Source: the human T2T-CHM13v2.0 reference genome, Homo sapiens
Assembly (NCBI RefSeq): GCF_009914755.1
Contig: NC_060932.1
DNA length: 64,000 nucleotides
Reading direction: 5' to 3' (one strand)
Part shown: positions 42,730-56,770 of the stretch, one piece after another
Numbering within the stretch: the first letter of the stretch is position 1
How the letters are laid out: each line of letters starts with the position of its first letter
The notes under the pieces: generated by a model
The model's database searches: none
The model's input: only the letters and a program-made list of their open reading frames with translations
Told to the model about the DNA's origin: nothing
Translations under genes and position numbers: made by a program

Positions 42730-45700
42730 GTAAGTCATGACCCCCTGGGGGGACGACGAGGCCTGCATATCTGTTCTTTGATCCAGACTGGGTGAAGTAC
42801 TAGAGAAGCTGGGAAGGCAGGGGTGGGAGGGGAGGCAGGAAGTGCAGGAGGGATGTAGTTGTGGTTGAGTCCCTTCGTGTGAAAACTTACATCTACTTCC
42901 TGAAGACGCTCCTGCTGGGAACTGAAGTCAGAAAGAGCCTGGGCAGGGAACCCCCAGAACTGACACCTTAAGAAGCTTGGGGGCTGTCCTGCCCGGGAGT
43001 TTTGGGTCTTATTCTCTGTGTCTTCAGATGGGGAGAAGGACCGTGGTTGCAGGATCTCAGTGTGATGGTTCCATCCTCACTGAGGCACTTCAGGAATTTG
43101 TGGAGGTGTTGACTTGTTTATTTTTATTTCAAGTTTTAAAAATTTAGTGAATGTCAAATATTGAAATGTACATCACATCAATATATAGAATATTGAACTA
43201 TATTGTTAAATATTAAAATATATTATTATTGATTTTTAACCTTTTATTTCTCCAATCTCTCAAGTCACAGGACATCACAGTCATTTTAAAAGTTATGTGA
43301 GTAGGTGGGTTAGATTATCTGTGAATTTCCTTTCAGGGCAGGAAATGGAGACATTACAAAATACTTATTACCAATTGGGGTGGTGGGTCTGGCAGAGTTG
43401 CAAAATACTGTGCTAAATGATTCTGAGTTAGCCACAGTTGCCTTTCTTTTGATGTTCTTATTCTTTCCTTATTCTTATTTTCTAATCTCTAAGCAACATT
43501 TTGGAACTGCAGGGAAATTTAATTGGGTCTAGTGATACTTCTGGTTGATATTTGTAAAGAGATGGGAGGAGCCTCAGAAGCAGGGGTGGGAGGGAAGAGT
43601 CCCCCCACTCTCATTGCGGGGGTTGCTTTCCAGTTTTGTCTGTACTCCCTCCTGCCCTGAACCTGTGCTGTGTCCAAGGCTTTTACCACACACCGTTTCC
43701 CCCAAGTCCTGTTTTGCTGCCCTCTGCATGGGGCCCTGCTTCATCCGCATCTTGACTCTCTATCATCTGCTATCACTATGCAGGATACACAGTAGGTGCT
43801 CCGTGGATATGTATGCATGCAACTGCCTGCCCTGTGCTTCTGAAATAGGGAGAGAAGTGAAGGGTCCACCTTAAGTCAGATACAATCAACATCCAACTTC
43901 CAGGTCATCTAGGAGTGGTCTGCACTGAGACCCAGGACACAGACCGGTGTGGCCTCCTCCAGGAACAGGTCTGGAGCACAGCTCCTTTAGCGCTTAGGAA
44001 GACTGTATGTGGCTTGGCCATGTAGGACTCCATGATACAGTTCCCGTGTACAGATTACCTGTTCAAAGGTGCTTTTCACATCCCTTATCCCATTTTTGCC
44101 TTCCAACAATGCAGGTAAATAGATAGAGCTCTCCTATCTCCCCATTTTTCAGATGACAAAACTGAGGCTCAGAGAGGCTCATGAACATGTCCAAAGTCAC
44201 ACGGTTAGCAGGTGGAGCAGCCAGGATTTAACCCGGAGTCCTGCTGATGAAACCCTCTGCTGTACAGCTGTGAGGGCTTTAGGAGAAGACAGGAGGAAGG
44301 CTCCAGAAGGTCATTTATTGGCCTTATTGAATGAAGAAAGAAAAAAGATAAATATGTCCAAAGGAAGAACTTTGGCCTCCTCTCCTTATAAGGGAGCAGT
44401 TCATTGGCTGAGTTGTTTTTAAGACTGGGGAGCTAACATTTGTAAAGGCTTCATCATGGGTTTGACGGTTGGGTAGATGCTCACTTGCTCTTCTGACGCC
44501 ACCGGCCTTTGGGATTGGGCTGGAAGTCTAGGAAGATTCCTAATTCTTGCCGGGCCTGGCAGGCCACTCCTGCCCCATGCAGGTGCAGATGGAATGGGCA
44601 GTGGTGGGAACAGCCAGCATTGGCCTCTTCCGATTCCACAGCAGGGCAAGGGAGTTTGGGAAAAGCTGAGAGATTTAATATAGACAGTAATTTGGAACAT
44701 TGCCCAGGTTTCCTGAGAGTCTTAAAGTGACCAGGTTCCTGGTCATGTGATCAGGAACCAAGAAACACCATTCATTTAAACACAGGAGAGTGGAATAGTC
44801 CTGGGGTCCTGGAGTTGAGGCCAGAGGCTGGCCATGCTCAGTGCACCAGGAGGATGGCGTTAACATGAGACACCCAAACCTCTTTCTGCTGACTCACTGC
44901 AGACTGTGATGGAGAGGCAGGCGGCAGACAGACAGGCTTGAATGGCAGCTCCACCACTCACTTGCCAGGTGACCTTGGGCTGGTCCCCTAACCTCTCTGG
45001 ATGTCAGTGTCTCAATCTGTGAAATGAGAAAGGAGAATAGTAGCTATTTGAGTCATTATTAGCACTAATTAAGACAATCTCTGTAAACTGTTGAGCACTG
45101 GAATTACTAATACACTTAATACATATTATTACTATTTTTGCCAGTATTACTTAGGGGATGGACTTGCTCAGATACCAAGTTGCCTCTCTCTGCATCCAAT
45201 GTCATGTTCATGCAAAATCCTGCCTCCAGTGGGCATTAGCCTGGTAGCTCAGAGCACAACACTTCCTGGTGTTGGGCTTTGGGTGGCAAAGTTAAGCTCT
45301 CTAGGCTTCAGGGGCCTCATCTGCAGGACGTGGCTGATAACAGTCCAGCCCCACAGAGTTGTTGTGAAGATGGAGTCAACGCCTGGGAGGCCTTTGGGCA
45401 GTCCTGGCATGCAGAAGACAGGCAGTGCTCACAAACTCTTGTAAGATGGCAGGTGTGAGCGAGCAGGTCTGGCTTCTAGTCCAATCACCAACACATGTCC
45501 CCAGGCGAGCCACTTAGCTCCCTTGAGCCTCTGTTTTCTTCATCTCTAAAGTAGCAGTAAGAATCCCCGTGGTATAATTTTGGAAGGATTTCATGAAATT
45601 AAAGATGTAAAGTGTACTCTCTGGGGCTGGGCCCACTGTGGATATTCAGTTAATTTTAGTTTCTGCACTTCTTCCTTCTCTCCTTAGCCACTCCTCCCTG

Positions 45701-46869
45701 GCCGTGGGGGCCAGCAGGGTTGTTCCATAGCCAGGGAGTAACTTCATTTCAGTGACATGGGGAATAAGGCTGTGGGAAAACAGGTCTGCTAGGGAAGGTA
45801 GGTGCCCTGGCAAGAGAAGCGTCAGTGTCCTAGGTGATGTTTGTGGCCCCAGGAGGAAAACCCCTTTCTAGCCGAATCAGATCACTCACTGGCCCACTTC
45901 CAAAAGGCAAGGGAGGGTAAAAAAAACAAAAACAAAAACAGAAAAACCACAGGTGCAGATCATTCCTGTGGGATAAGAGGGGAAACCTGTATTCACTGAA
46001 ATGGGAAGGATGCTTACACACTCATTGACACCCCACTTCTTACCTATGTACACACATGCATCTAGCACACTGGTGGAGGATGTGGATTCTGGGGCAAAGA
46101 TAATGGGGTTCAAATCCTGATTTTTCTGTTTACTAGCTATCTGACCACAGAAGAGGCATTCACCCTCTGTGTGCCTCAGTATTGGCGTCTGTATAGGGAT
46201 AATGGGACCTATCCCATAGGGTTGTGGGGAACATTATATGAACTGATATTAGCAAAGCTCTTAATGGTGTACCTGGCACATACTACACATCCCATAGTAG
46301 TTTTTAAATAAATACTCCTACTAGGAGGTAGGCATTATTGCCATCTTCACCATTTTATGGGTGAGGAAACTGTCACAGAGACACTAATTAATTTGCTCTA
46401 GGACCCTGAACTAGTGAATATTAGGGCCAGGATTCATAGCCTGCAGGCTGGTCCAGAGCTCATAGGTGAACTCTTGCCATCCCACTTACACTTGGGACTT
46501 GGTGAAAGACAACTCAAGGAGCCTACTGCAAATCGCAGTGCAAAATCTTTGCCAGGGACCATTGCCCTTATCACAAAAAAGACCAGGTTTGGTTCTGGAG
46601 ATCAAAATAGGTCATTCTTCCTCTTTGAAGCCCCTGAATACCCTCATATTCCTTACAGATTGCAGATGTTAAGTCATATACTGGTCAAAAGACTGTGCCT
46701 GAGTCTGATAATGAACAAAATCTCTAATGGTGTGAAATTGTCACGATGAGTGTGTTTGCTCTTTAATTTACTCATTTTCCCATTTACTTAACTCATATTC
46801 ATTGAGCTGTGTCTGGGGCAGCTGTGTGCCTTGGCCTGGGTGAACAGAGGAGAGGTGCCCTCTTTTTCC

Positions 46870-47760
46870 CTGTGGACTCAACCCAGTGGGGTGACCAGCA
46901 TGCCACTGATTAGAGGTTCTAACAATTGACAAAAGGAAGGTCTGTACCTGGTGGCCTGGGAATTCAAAAAAAAGAAGACCTAAGTCTGCCTGGGAGAACC
47001 ATGACAGTGGTAGAAAACAGAACGTGTTGAGTTGATATTTGAGGGTCAAAAAGGAATCTTCCAGACAGGAGCAGGCAGAAGGAAGGCTTGGAGGTGTGTT
47101 CAGGGAGTAACAGATATTCCTGGAGGCATTGGGGAGCTGGAGGAGATGAGAGTGAAGAGGAAGGCAGGCTCAGCCTGCACAGGAGGGAGTTGAGAGCTGA
47201 TATTCGGCTCTGGCATAATTTCTCTGCCAGCAGTGGGGACTGAGTGGGATGTGGGAGCAGAAAGGCAGGAGGAGGTGAGGCCTAAATGCAGAAACCTGGC
47301 AAAGAGCATTTGCTGGCAGTTCAGGCAGAAAATGAAGGATGTCTAAATGAGGGAGGTGGCAGTAGGGACGAAGAGACATGGAGCAGGTGTGAATGGTGAC
47401 CAAGACAGAGGAGATGAACCCTGCAGGAAGGCCACCAGGTGGCTGGCTTGGGATGGCTGGGTGGCTGGTGGTACTGATCCTTGTGCCTGGGGGACTGAGG
47501 CAGGGGTGGCAGATACTAAGTTCAGGCCTGGATGGTGGGCTTTGAGGTGAAGAGACCAGGTGGTAACTAATTGGCTTTAGAGATGAGAAGAAGCTCGAGT
47601 GCCTGAGCTGGACATCAAGCTACACGAGACATTCATGCTTAGGTGTCTGTTAAAACTGAGAGCAGATGGGCTCATCCAAGTAGAGGGCAGGGCAGAGAGA
47701 AAGGGGAGCAGGCCCAGGCCAGGCCCTGAGAGCTTGACAGGTCCAGGGAAGGGGAGAGGA
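46870..47760 (-). mobile_element. L2 fragments
   Basis: Purine-rich degenerate L2-like motifs. Boundaries uncertain. Confidence 0.4.
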
Positions 47761-47863
47761 GGAGGGCCCAGTGTGAGTGAGAAGGAGACACCCACAAGCA
47801 GGCATGCTCAGTCGTCCCGAGGCTGGGCAGGTGCCCACCACGGCTCCACTTTCCTTCTCCCAG

Positions 47864-48076
47864 GCCCGCGGTGTCCGCTGCCATTCAACGCGTCGGAGGT
47901 GGTTGGTGGAACAATCCTGTGTGAGACAATCTCGGGCCCCACAGGCTCTGCCATGCAGCAGTGCCAATTGCTGTGCCGCCAGGGCTCCTGGAGCGTGTTT
48001 CCACCAGGGCCATTGATATGTAGCCTGGAGAGCGGACGCTGGGAGTCACAGCTGCCTCAGCCCCGGGCCTGCCAAC
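47864..48076 (+). CDS. TG: TG exon 17 (c.3635-3847)
   Basis: Acceptor ccttctcccag; PRCPLPFNASEVVGGTILCE...RWESQLPQPRACQ; donor GTGAGT. Confidence 0.97.
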
Positions 48077-49361
48077 GTGAGTGGCATCAGAGCATCTATC
48101 CTGCACCCCGCTCCCTCTCAGGGCTAGGGCTGGGACCGAGATATGGAGGCGTGGCTGCTCCATTTCCCCACCCAAATGTAGCACGCTGGTGGTATGCCAG
48201 ATGGCACCAAGAGATGGGAGAGAGTCCCATGGAGCATTTTCTAGAAGGAGCAGATGTCCTTCACAGACTCCTGGAGTTAGGCTTTCTTTGTCCCTTCTCT
48301 GGAACCATCTGCTCCTTGAGAGAATTGCCATTCTTCCAACTTTCTTGGGATGTCTTGGATTCAGGAAAAATACTGGGCAGGTCAGTGCTTCAACAGCTGG
48401 ATAGGTGGCTCACATGCTCAGCAGCTCTGACATGCTCAGAGCTGCTCTCCCAGCCTCTGAGTGACCCTGCCCCATCAGCCTCTCCCCAAGACCACCTGGA
48501 CTTCCAGGGCTAATGCCTGGCTTAGCAGGAGGCCCTGGACTCTGCTCCAGGTAGGGCATCAGTCCTGATTGCTGGAACTTGTGTAAGTTTCGGCCCCCTT
48601 TCCTAGTGCTCTGACCAGAGCTCCTTTTGCCTTGTCACACACTGAACCCACTCTGGGACCTGGCACTTGGTCCACCCGGTGCAGTGGGAAGGGCATCTGG
48701 GAGAGAGACCAAGATTCTGGGACTGTCACAAGGCTCTGGGTGGATGCCAGAGTGTCAAGGAGAGCATTTGTTGCAAAGCACTCTGGGTTATAGAGGGTCC
48801 CCATCCAGAAAATTCAAAATGTGATTTGAATAAATAATGGCCTGTCACTTTGACTATGTTGAAATCAAGACCAGGATGGTCACAACTGACCCTAGAGCAA
48901 AGGACTTTGGGGAAAAGAGGCACAAATCTTGAGCTCCTGAAGTTGAATACAGGCTGCTGTGCATGATTGTTCAGGTTGTGCACTGAACAACCTTAGAGAA
49001 TACCATTCATTCCCATCATCTATGATGTCTATTCTTAACCTGAAAAACCATACAGAGTGGCCCTGTCTGTATGCAAGATGGCATGGAAGATTTTCCAAGG
49101 AGAATGTCCAGGACCTCAAAATATAAAGCACCCTGGTTTGGAGGATGAGGCAGGACTGAGCTTTCTGTGAGGGTGCTCAGTAATTTCAGAGACAAGCTGT
49201 TATGCTGGAAAGTACTTAGACTCAGAATGACAATGCAAAATGGCAGTGCTTATGTGTTTTGAGCTCAATGAGGAAGGGTTATTTTTGCAGAGGAAATCCC
49301 AAACAAAGAAAATAACTCTACAGGCCCATTGCCTCTGCTGATCTCTGGTGCTTGCCTGCAG

Positions 49362-49516
49362 GGCCCCAGCTGTGGCAGACCATCCAGACCCAAGGGCACT
49401 TTCAGCTCCAGCTCCCGCCGGGCAAGATGTGCAGTGCTGACTACGCGGATTTGCTGCAGACTTTCCAGGTTTTCATATTGGATGAGCTGACAGCCCGCGG
49501 CTTCTGCCAGATCCAG
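49362..49516 (+). CDS. TG: TG exon 18 (c.3848-4002), contains hormonogenic Tyr1310
   Basis: Acceptor ttgcctgcag; PQLWQTIQTQGHFQLQLPPGKMCSADYADLLQTFQVFILDELTARGFCQIQ; donor GTACAT; TAC at 49442-49444. Confidence 0.97.
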
Positions 49517-49849
49517 GTACATGCCTGGCCTTCCCCACAGTGAGGGCTTGGACTCAACTCAGGGTTACGGTGTCAGAAAACCTGAGGGCTCACATTAACA
49601 CAGAGGCTGGAGACAGGGGCCCCATCTTCAAGTGTTTGCTGGAACTAATAGTGAATTCTCTTGGCAGCCTTGAGTTTTCTAGACAGCCACTTTAAGAGGG
49701 GCTAGGGTCTTCCCAGGGGTCTGGCCTTAAGCTGTTAGAAACAATGTTAGTGCTTGTTCAAGTCTTTTGATGTCAAGGCTGAGGTCTAGTAGAGGGCTCA
49801 GAGGAGCCTGGCTAGAGTTTGGTTCATGACAGAGTCTTCAGGATGCAGC

Positions 49850-50530
49850 AGTTAACGAGATCACCTCTTTGCTCTTTGGGGAGATGACACTAAACAAGTA
49901 CCTGTCAGGTAAAGGTAAGAGCTAAGAGGGGAAATAAAGCAGGTCGGGCCTTGCTTGAGAGGGACGCTGGTGAGATGAGAGGGGTTTTTTACAGAGAAAG
50001 GTCAGGAAGAGGCCTCCAAGAGGTGCTACTGAAAGGGACGGGAGTGAGGTAAGGCTGAGGGCCTGTGAGTTCTGGGGGAGAGGAACCCCTGCAGAGGAAA
50101 TAGAAGGTCAGAGTTTCTGTGATGGGCACATACTTAGTGTGAGCCATAAAATTGAGGGAACCGGTATGAGTGAGCAGAGCAAAAGAGGGAACTGCAAATT
50201 GGGGTGTGCATGTTGGAAATGGCTCAAGGCCTTGTTGGCTGTGGCTAGGATGGTGAGTTTTATTCTGCATGTGATGGGACATCACTGAAGTTGAGAAAGT
50301 GACAGGATGATGGGAGTTTTACAGTCTTCTCCAGCTGCTGTGTAGAGGGTAGGCTTTGAGGGGTTCAAGGTAGGAGCAGGGGTCCTCACTGCAGCCTGGG
50401 GCCAGGTGGCAGTGCAGAACATGAGAAGCAGCAGGAATCTTGACATATTGGGACAAAAGAGCCTACAAGACTGGGTAGTAGTTGATGTGTCATGGGAAGA
50501 TGGAGGTGTTGAGGATGACTAAGGTTTTGG
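49850..50530 (-). mobile_element. L2 fragment
   Basis: ggtcaggaagaggcctcc..gaggtg; gagttttattctgcatgtgatggga; ggtgttgaggatgactaaggttttgg. Confidence 0.6.
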
Positions 50531-51632
50531 ATGCAGGGAATGGCTGAAGACATGTGTTTCAAACATGGGGAAATTAAATCCCATGCAGAAAGGAGTAAAA
50601 TGTTCTGGAATCCAGGGGACTAGAGAGCTGAGGACCATGCTGAAGACAGAGATAGGGTCAGGAGGAAGCTGGGCAGGGACCTAGTCCTAATGACTTCCTA
50701 AACAAGGTGTCAGGGTATGACCATGAGACAGAGAGCTTCTAAGGTCAGAGCTTCTAAGAAGGGAGTCTTATTCTTCAGAAGGAGGAGATGATACATAGAC
50801 TTTCAAGTCAGATGGATCTGGCTTCAAACCTTGGCTCCAGCACTCCTACCAGTGTGACCTGGGCCTTTCCCAGGCTTGGTAAGCCTCAGTCAATCATCTG
50901 TGAAATGGGTTTAGGAGAACCCACCTTGGAGAGTCAGTTTAAGTGAGATAACGTACAAATCCAAAGCTTTTTCTCTTTATCCTCTGCTGAGAGCTAAGGA
51001 GGTTCTGGGGTTAGTGGAGTTTTGAATCCCGGCTCTACTACCTACTGGCTGTGGGATCCTAGGCCATTTCTCAGTCTCTCAGAGGCAAATTCTCCATTTG
51101 TAATGTGGGGTAATGAGAGTCCCAACTCCATAGACTTGTTTTGGAGATTAAACTAGCTAATATGTTTAAAGCACTTCACACAGGGCCTGATGAATAACAC
51201 ATGTTCAAAAATCGTGCCACAGTGCCTTCTGAGAATACTAAGCCCTTGGCACACAGTAGGATCTCATTAAATGACAACTATATGAACACTCACATCCACG
51301 TTCTCACCTTCACCAGGGGTGTGGCACTGGGTATGGCACACAGTAAGGTCTGGGTGCCAGGGCCATTGGGATGGATGGCATGCTACATTCAGGCTTCATA
51401 TGCATTGGACCCCTGGGGCTGGCTTTCAGGGCCCTGTCTGCATTCTGAAGAAGGTAGTTGAGGCCTTTTGTGGTGAAGGCTGAGGGCCAGGGCCACGTCA
51501 ACTCTGAATTACTCATTGGTGACAGAGTTCACTTTCCTTCTAAAACCCTCCAGTCACTCTCTAGGCACCCAAGCTTTTGATAAACTGACTTCCCCTTGGG
51601 CTTTATGTAAACTCTCTTGGAATGTTACCTTT

Positions 51633-51967
51633 TGCCATCATCTGAATGCTTGTGTCCCCCCGAAATTCATATCCAAACCATAATCCCCAACATGATAGTA
51701 TTAGGGAACTTTGTGTTAGGTCATGAGGGTGCAGCCCTCATGAATGGGGTTAGTGTCCTTATAAAAGAGACCCAGAGAGATCCTTGCCCCTTCCACCATG
51801 GACACAGTGAGAAGACAGACATTTATGAAGAGAACCTTCACCACACATGGCTGACATCTTGATCTTGGACTTCTCAGCCTCCAGAACTTATGAGAAAAAA
51901 AGTTCTGTTGTTTATAAGACACACAGTCTGTGGTATTTCGTAATGTTCATCCAAATGCACTAAGACA
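51633..51967 (+). mobile_element. MLT1A-like MaLR LTR
   Basis: ctgaatgcttgtgtccccccgaaattcatat...catgagggtgcagccctcatgaatggg...actaagaca. Confidence 0.85.
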
Positions 51968-52552
51968 CCCTTTGAAAGGGGCTGATATGAAGAGGGAGAG
52001 GTGAAGCTTGTGTTCAACCCTGGACCAAAGCCTGGCACCATCCTTGGGCTAACAGGCCTCACAACCGTCTGTCTTTCTCCCCAACCCTGAGGAGCCTGCA
52101 GTACATCACTCACAGAAATTCAGTGGGCACAACTCAGCCACACTTAGGCTGGGAGGAGAGACCAGGCTGCATAGCCAACATTGAGGAGCTGGTGGATGCT
52201 ATAGGGGTTCGGAGATGTCCTGCTGAATATATGTATGGTGAAGACATTTGCAGAGTTGGCTAAAGTTGTTTCACCAGTGAAGTATGGTGACTGGGCTTTT
52301 GATGCATGGAGCCTAGCTCTTCCTCCACTTATACTTCTGTACACCATGTGACCAGGGCAGGTTATTTAACTTCTCTGAAACTTGTTTTCCTCAGATGTGG
52401 AAAAGGGGGTCACTATTCCTTGACCCCCTGAAGTAGGGTTGGTGGAGGATTGAAGGAAGTAACATAAGCCAAGTTCTGGTTCCTGGTGTGGACCCAACAA
52501 AACTAGCTTTCTACTCTGTGTTCTTGAGCTGAAAGTGTCTGTCTTCTTGTAG

Positions 52553-52709
52553 GTGAAGACTTTTGGCACCCTGGTTTCCATTCCTGTCTGCAACAACTCC
52601 TCTGTGCAGGTGGGTTGTCTGACCAGGGAGCGTTTAGGAGTGAATGTTACATGGAAATCACGGCTTGAGGACATCCCAGTGGCTTCTCTTCCTGACTTAC
52701 ATGACATTG
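52553..52709 (+). CDS. TG: TG exon 19 (c.4003-4159)
   Basis: Acceptor tcttcttgtag; VKTFGTLVSIPVCNNSSVQVGCLTRERLGVNVTWKSRLEDIPVASLPDLHDI; donor GTATGT. Confidence 0.97.
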
Positions 52710-54222
52710 GTATGTTTTTCTGTGGTAGTACCTAGAATAAGCTATGCAGCCTCTCTGAGTCTCAGTTTTCTCATCTGCCAAATGGAGCTGGTGAAGAAGC
52801 CCATGATGTCTTCTTGTGAAGACTATGGGGAGAGCTAATTATTTAAAAACATATAATAATCAATAGACTTCTTGCCAATCGTTTACTAGAGTTAAATAAT
52901 GTCAACAAAGAGCCTGGTTCTGTGTCGTGAACATCTGCTAATACTTCTCTTGATTTTCTGCGTGCAGAGAGGTGAAACAGAATGTGTGAAGGGGATAGCA
53001 GGGTGGGCTGGGGAAGTCTTTATTGGTTTTTAACTTATGTCTCGTCTGTTTCTAATTGTAAAACATTTCAGACCACTTACACCATTTAAAACAGGGCAGT
53101 CACGATATGGATGAGTCAACAGAGGAGAGAGAGAAGAATGGATTTTATGATACCTACTGTGGGCATGTGCCATGTTCAGCTCTGAGCTTTCTGGTAGGAT
53201 AGGAAAGAGCCCGTACATTTCTGACCAGAGAATGGGAGGCAAGTCCATTTTCTCTTCCACCATCCAGTGGCCAAACATCCAGGGGCAGGACTGGCTGGAG
53301 TTTGCCCTCTGTTCTATGAGGAAGAACTTCTGGAAAACATTGCCAGGAAGGAGACTGCATCTCTGTCATTCACTAGTTCTCAGGATAGTAATCCTCTAAA
53401 TAATAATTCAGAAGAATTGTGAATTCTCCAGGAGCCCCAGCATTGTGAATTAGGGGTCCCCTTCCATCTTTCTCCAAAGAGAGCCTGGATAATGTGGGTA
53501 TGTTTGGAGCCGCAAAAACATGAGATGTTTGCTTGTTTCAATGGTGAGGCAGCGAGACTGTGATTGGAGACCATGGGCTGGCTCTACAGTAGCCTGTTAC
53601 AGCCAAAATGTTTGCTATGTGCACGGATCTGCCCCAGCTCCTGGCATGGTGCTCGCCTGCTTTCTTCCTAGGAACTACTTATCATTTGACACCTGGAGAC
53701 CTCTCGGTGTTTAGCTAAACACTGAGGCAGAAGGCCCTGTTGCCTCTTCAAGTCTTTGCTTTCTTTTTGAGTGGCCACTTCACACACATTCTCTCCTAGG
53801 ACCCTTACCAACTGCAAAGAGAGCCATTCCCAAGCCATTTTTCAGGTGGGAAAACTAAGGCTCAGAGGTGTTCAGTGCCTCAATGAAGGTTGAGGTGGAT
53901 GAGTATCTGAATCTTGAACCTTAGACTAGTGACTGAAGACCCGATATCCTATGTTAACATGGGTTGCATTGGTGCCACAGAAATGGCAAGAGCCAGGAAA
54001 TCTGGGTTGGAGTCCCTACTTGTGCTTCTGATTCCTGGGTGACCCTGAACCAGTTCATCCCCTTCTCTGGGCCTCAGTTCCTCCCTCTGTAAAATGAGAC
54101 ACCACATGATGCCTATGTCTCATTCCAGTCTGGATATTCTAGGCATCTCTGCCCTGCTTAATCCTCCCTGGCCCTAGCAGAGTACAGTGGGGGTGACCTC
54201 TACCTTATCCTGTGTCTTACAG

Positions 54223-54441
54223 AGAGAGCCTTGGTGGGCAAGGATCTCCTTGGGCGCTTCACAGATCTGATCCAGAGTGGCTCATTCCAGCTTCATCTGG
54301 ACTCCAAGACGTTCCCAGCGGAAACCATCCGCTTCCTCCAAGGGGACCACTTTGGCACCTCTCCCAGGACATGGTTTGGGTGCTCGGAAGGATTCTACCA
54401 AGTCTTGACAAGTGAGGCCAGTCAGGACGGACTGGGATGCG
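54223..54441 (+). CDS. TG: TG exon 20 (c.4160-4378)
   Basis: Acceptor tgtcttacag; RALVGKDLLGRFTDLIQSGSFQL...SEASQDGLGC; donor GTAGGT. Confidence 0.97.
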
Positions 54442-54936
54442 GTAGGTCCACTCTCTCCCTGGATATCTCCTGTGGAGCCATGTGAGGCTTTAGGAAAGGC
54501 CACCTCAGCACTGGAGAGAGGCTACTCTGGACATCCAGGGCTGAGAACCATCCATTTAGTTAACGAGCAAAAGTTTTCAATCATCTACTATGCATGGGTG
54601 TATAGTCTCCATCTGCTAGGTGGCATGGCAGAAGGAGCCCCATATTTGCAGTGATTCTTTCTGTTGGTTATTGATAAGCTTGGACCCTGGGCCTGGCCTG
54701 CCCTGTCATTGTGATGAAGGCTAACATACATTTGTATCCTGGGCGCACATTTCTCAGTCTGGCTGTGGCAATGTTACTCACCACAATTTCCAAATGGTCA
54801 TTCATCAGCCCAGGGCTTTAAAACTCAGGGAAAATGGTTCCTGATTGAGGTTCACTTGGGTTGCTCTTGCCTCGCCTGTGAGTAGTTTGGGGGCCATTTT
54901 TAATGGGAAAGTGATGCAGATTCCTTTAATGGAAGT

Positions 54937-55435
54937 TGCATTAGTTTCCTGTTGCTACCATAGTAAATGACCAAAAATTTTGTGGCAGAAAACAATACAG
55001 ATGTATTATCTTACATTTCTATAGGTTTGGATTACAATGCGGGCATCACTGGGCTAAAACTGAGCTGTTGGCAGGGCCTGCAGTCCTCCCGGAGGCCCCT
55101 GGGGAAATCTGTTTCCTCACCTTTTCCACTTTCTTGAGGTTGTCTATATTTCTTGGCTGGTGGCTTCCTTTCTTGCTCACCAAACCAGCAACATTTCAGC
55201 TCTCTGACCCCTCTTCCCTGGTCACATCTCCTCTGACTCTCTTTTACCTCCAAGGACCTTAGAACTACACACAGCTGCATGATTCAGGATACTCCTTTAT
55301 TTTGAGGTCAGCCAATTAGCGACCTTAATTCCATCTACACAGGTAATTTCCCTTTGCCATGTAACCTAACATATTCACAGATTCTGAGGACTGGGATATG
55401 GATATCTTTGGGGGGACCTTTGTCATGTCTACCAC
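54937..55435 (-). mobile_element. MLT1D/E-like MaLR LTR
   Basis: tgcattagtttcctgttgctacc...cacagattctgaggactgggatatggatatctttgggg. Confidence 0.8.
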
Positions 55436-56113
55436 TGAAGATTCAAAGGTCTCCTGATGAGAAGCCTTCCTCCTGTGTGGGGTGAGATAGAAAGACATTT
55501 TTATGGCGCTAAAGAAAGAGAAGATGTTTCTCAGTTATTTTTTTCAATTATTTATGTTGGTCGCAACATAAAAGCCAAATGGCCTTTCCTTTTCTGAAAT
55601 CTATGCCAAATTGTAAACTCCACATTGGATTTAAGATGCAGCTAAATCCTAACACAGAAAACAGAAAGACAACCACTTCCCACTAGCATTTATGGAGAAT
55701 TCTGCAGTTCAAGTGCACCTGCACAAACATTTAACTCTCACAATAGCCCCTGGTGGCAGATCCTTTCCTCATTTGACAAAGAAGCTGGGGTTCAGATTAA
55801 ATGAGATGGGGCATCTGTCATGCCTGGGGTGGGGCTGACACACAGGAGGGACTGTAGCTCACCTAACTGATTAATAGAGGGCGAGTAAGCCCAGGTCCTC
55901 TGGGACCAGAGCCTGTGATCTTTCTTTCTATTCCATCAGAGCTGCCCAAACCAAGGGGACAAGAAACAGAAGCAGGAGTGGATGGTGCCACCCCAGGGTG
56001 GGTGAGATAGGGTTGCAGAGAGGGAGAGTCACAGAGAGAGCACCTGCCCCATGTTCACAGACTTTACTGTGAAGAGCCCTTGGCTTCAACGCCAGATGCT
56101 GAACTAGCAGGGG

Positions 56114-56300
56114 TGTACTGGTGTATGTGGCGTGTGTGTATGAGTGTGTGTGTGTATGTGTATTAGTGTATGTGTGTGGTGTGTATACATGTGTCTGATG
56201 TACATATGCATATGTGTGAGTGTGTTTGTGTTTTTGTCCGTACGCATGTGTGTGATGTGTCTATGTGTGTATGCACATGTGTATGTTGTGTGTGTGCATG
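56114..56300. repeat. GT-rich low-complexity tract
   Basis: Degenerate (TG)n/(TATG)n. Confidence 0.9.
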
Positions 56301-56770
56301 TTGGGAGCAGGGGCTGCAGGAGCCTGCTTTTCATAGCTGCCCCAGGTGATGTACCACATGGGTCTGGAAGCAGCCCCAGGAGGCTCCTTGGCCTCAGGGG
56401 TGCCCTCTGCAGCCAGAGAAGGAGGTAAAGGGAAGGCAGAGAACCTGTGTTGACTCTGTGCCTTCAAGGAAGTTCTATCTCCTCTGACTGTCTTCCTTTC
56501 CATCCCCCACAACACACAGGTAAAATAAAGGGGCTGGCCTAGAAACCTGGTTTCAAGATTCCTTCTAGGAAGCTCAATTATTAGTTCCTGTCAACAAGAA
56601 GATGGGAGGGGCCACTCAGCTCAACTTTGCCTGAAGGGGAAAGAGTAGGGCCTGGGAATCAGCAGCTGGTGTCAGGGCACGGGGCTTCCGAGGGGCTGTG
56701 GGAGCCACAGGATGGGGCGTAGGGAAGAGACTGCATGGGAGACCTTGCCCAGGACACACCTGGGCTGGAA

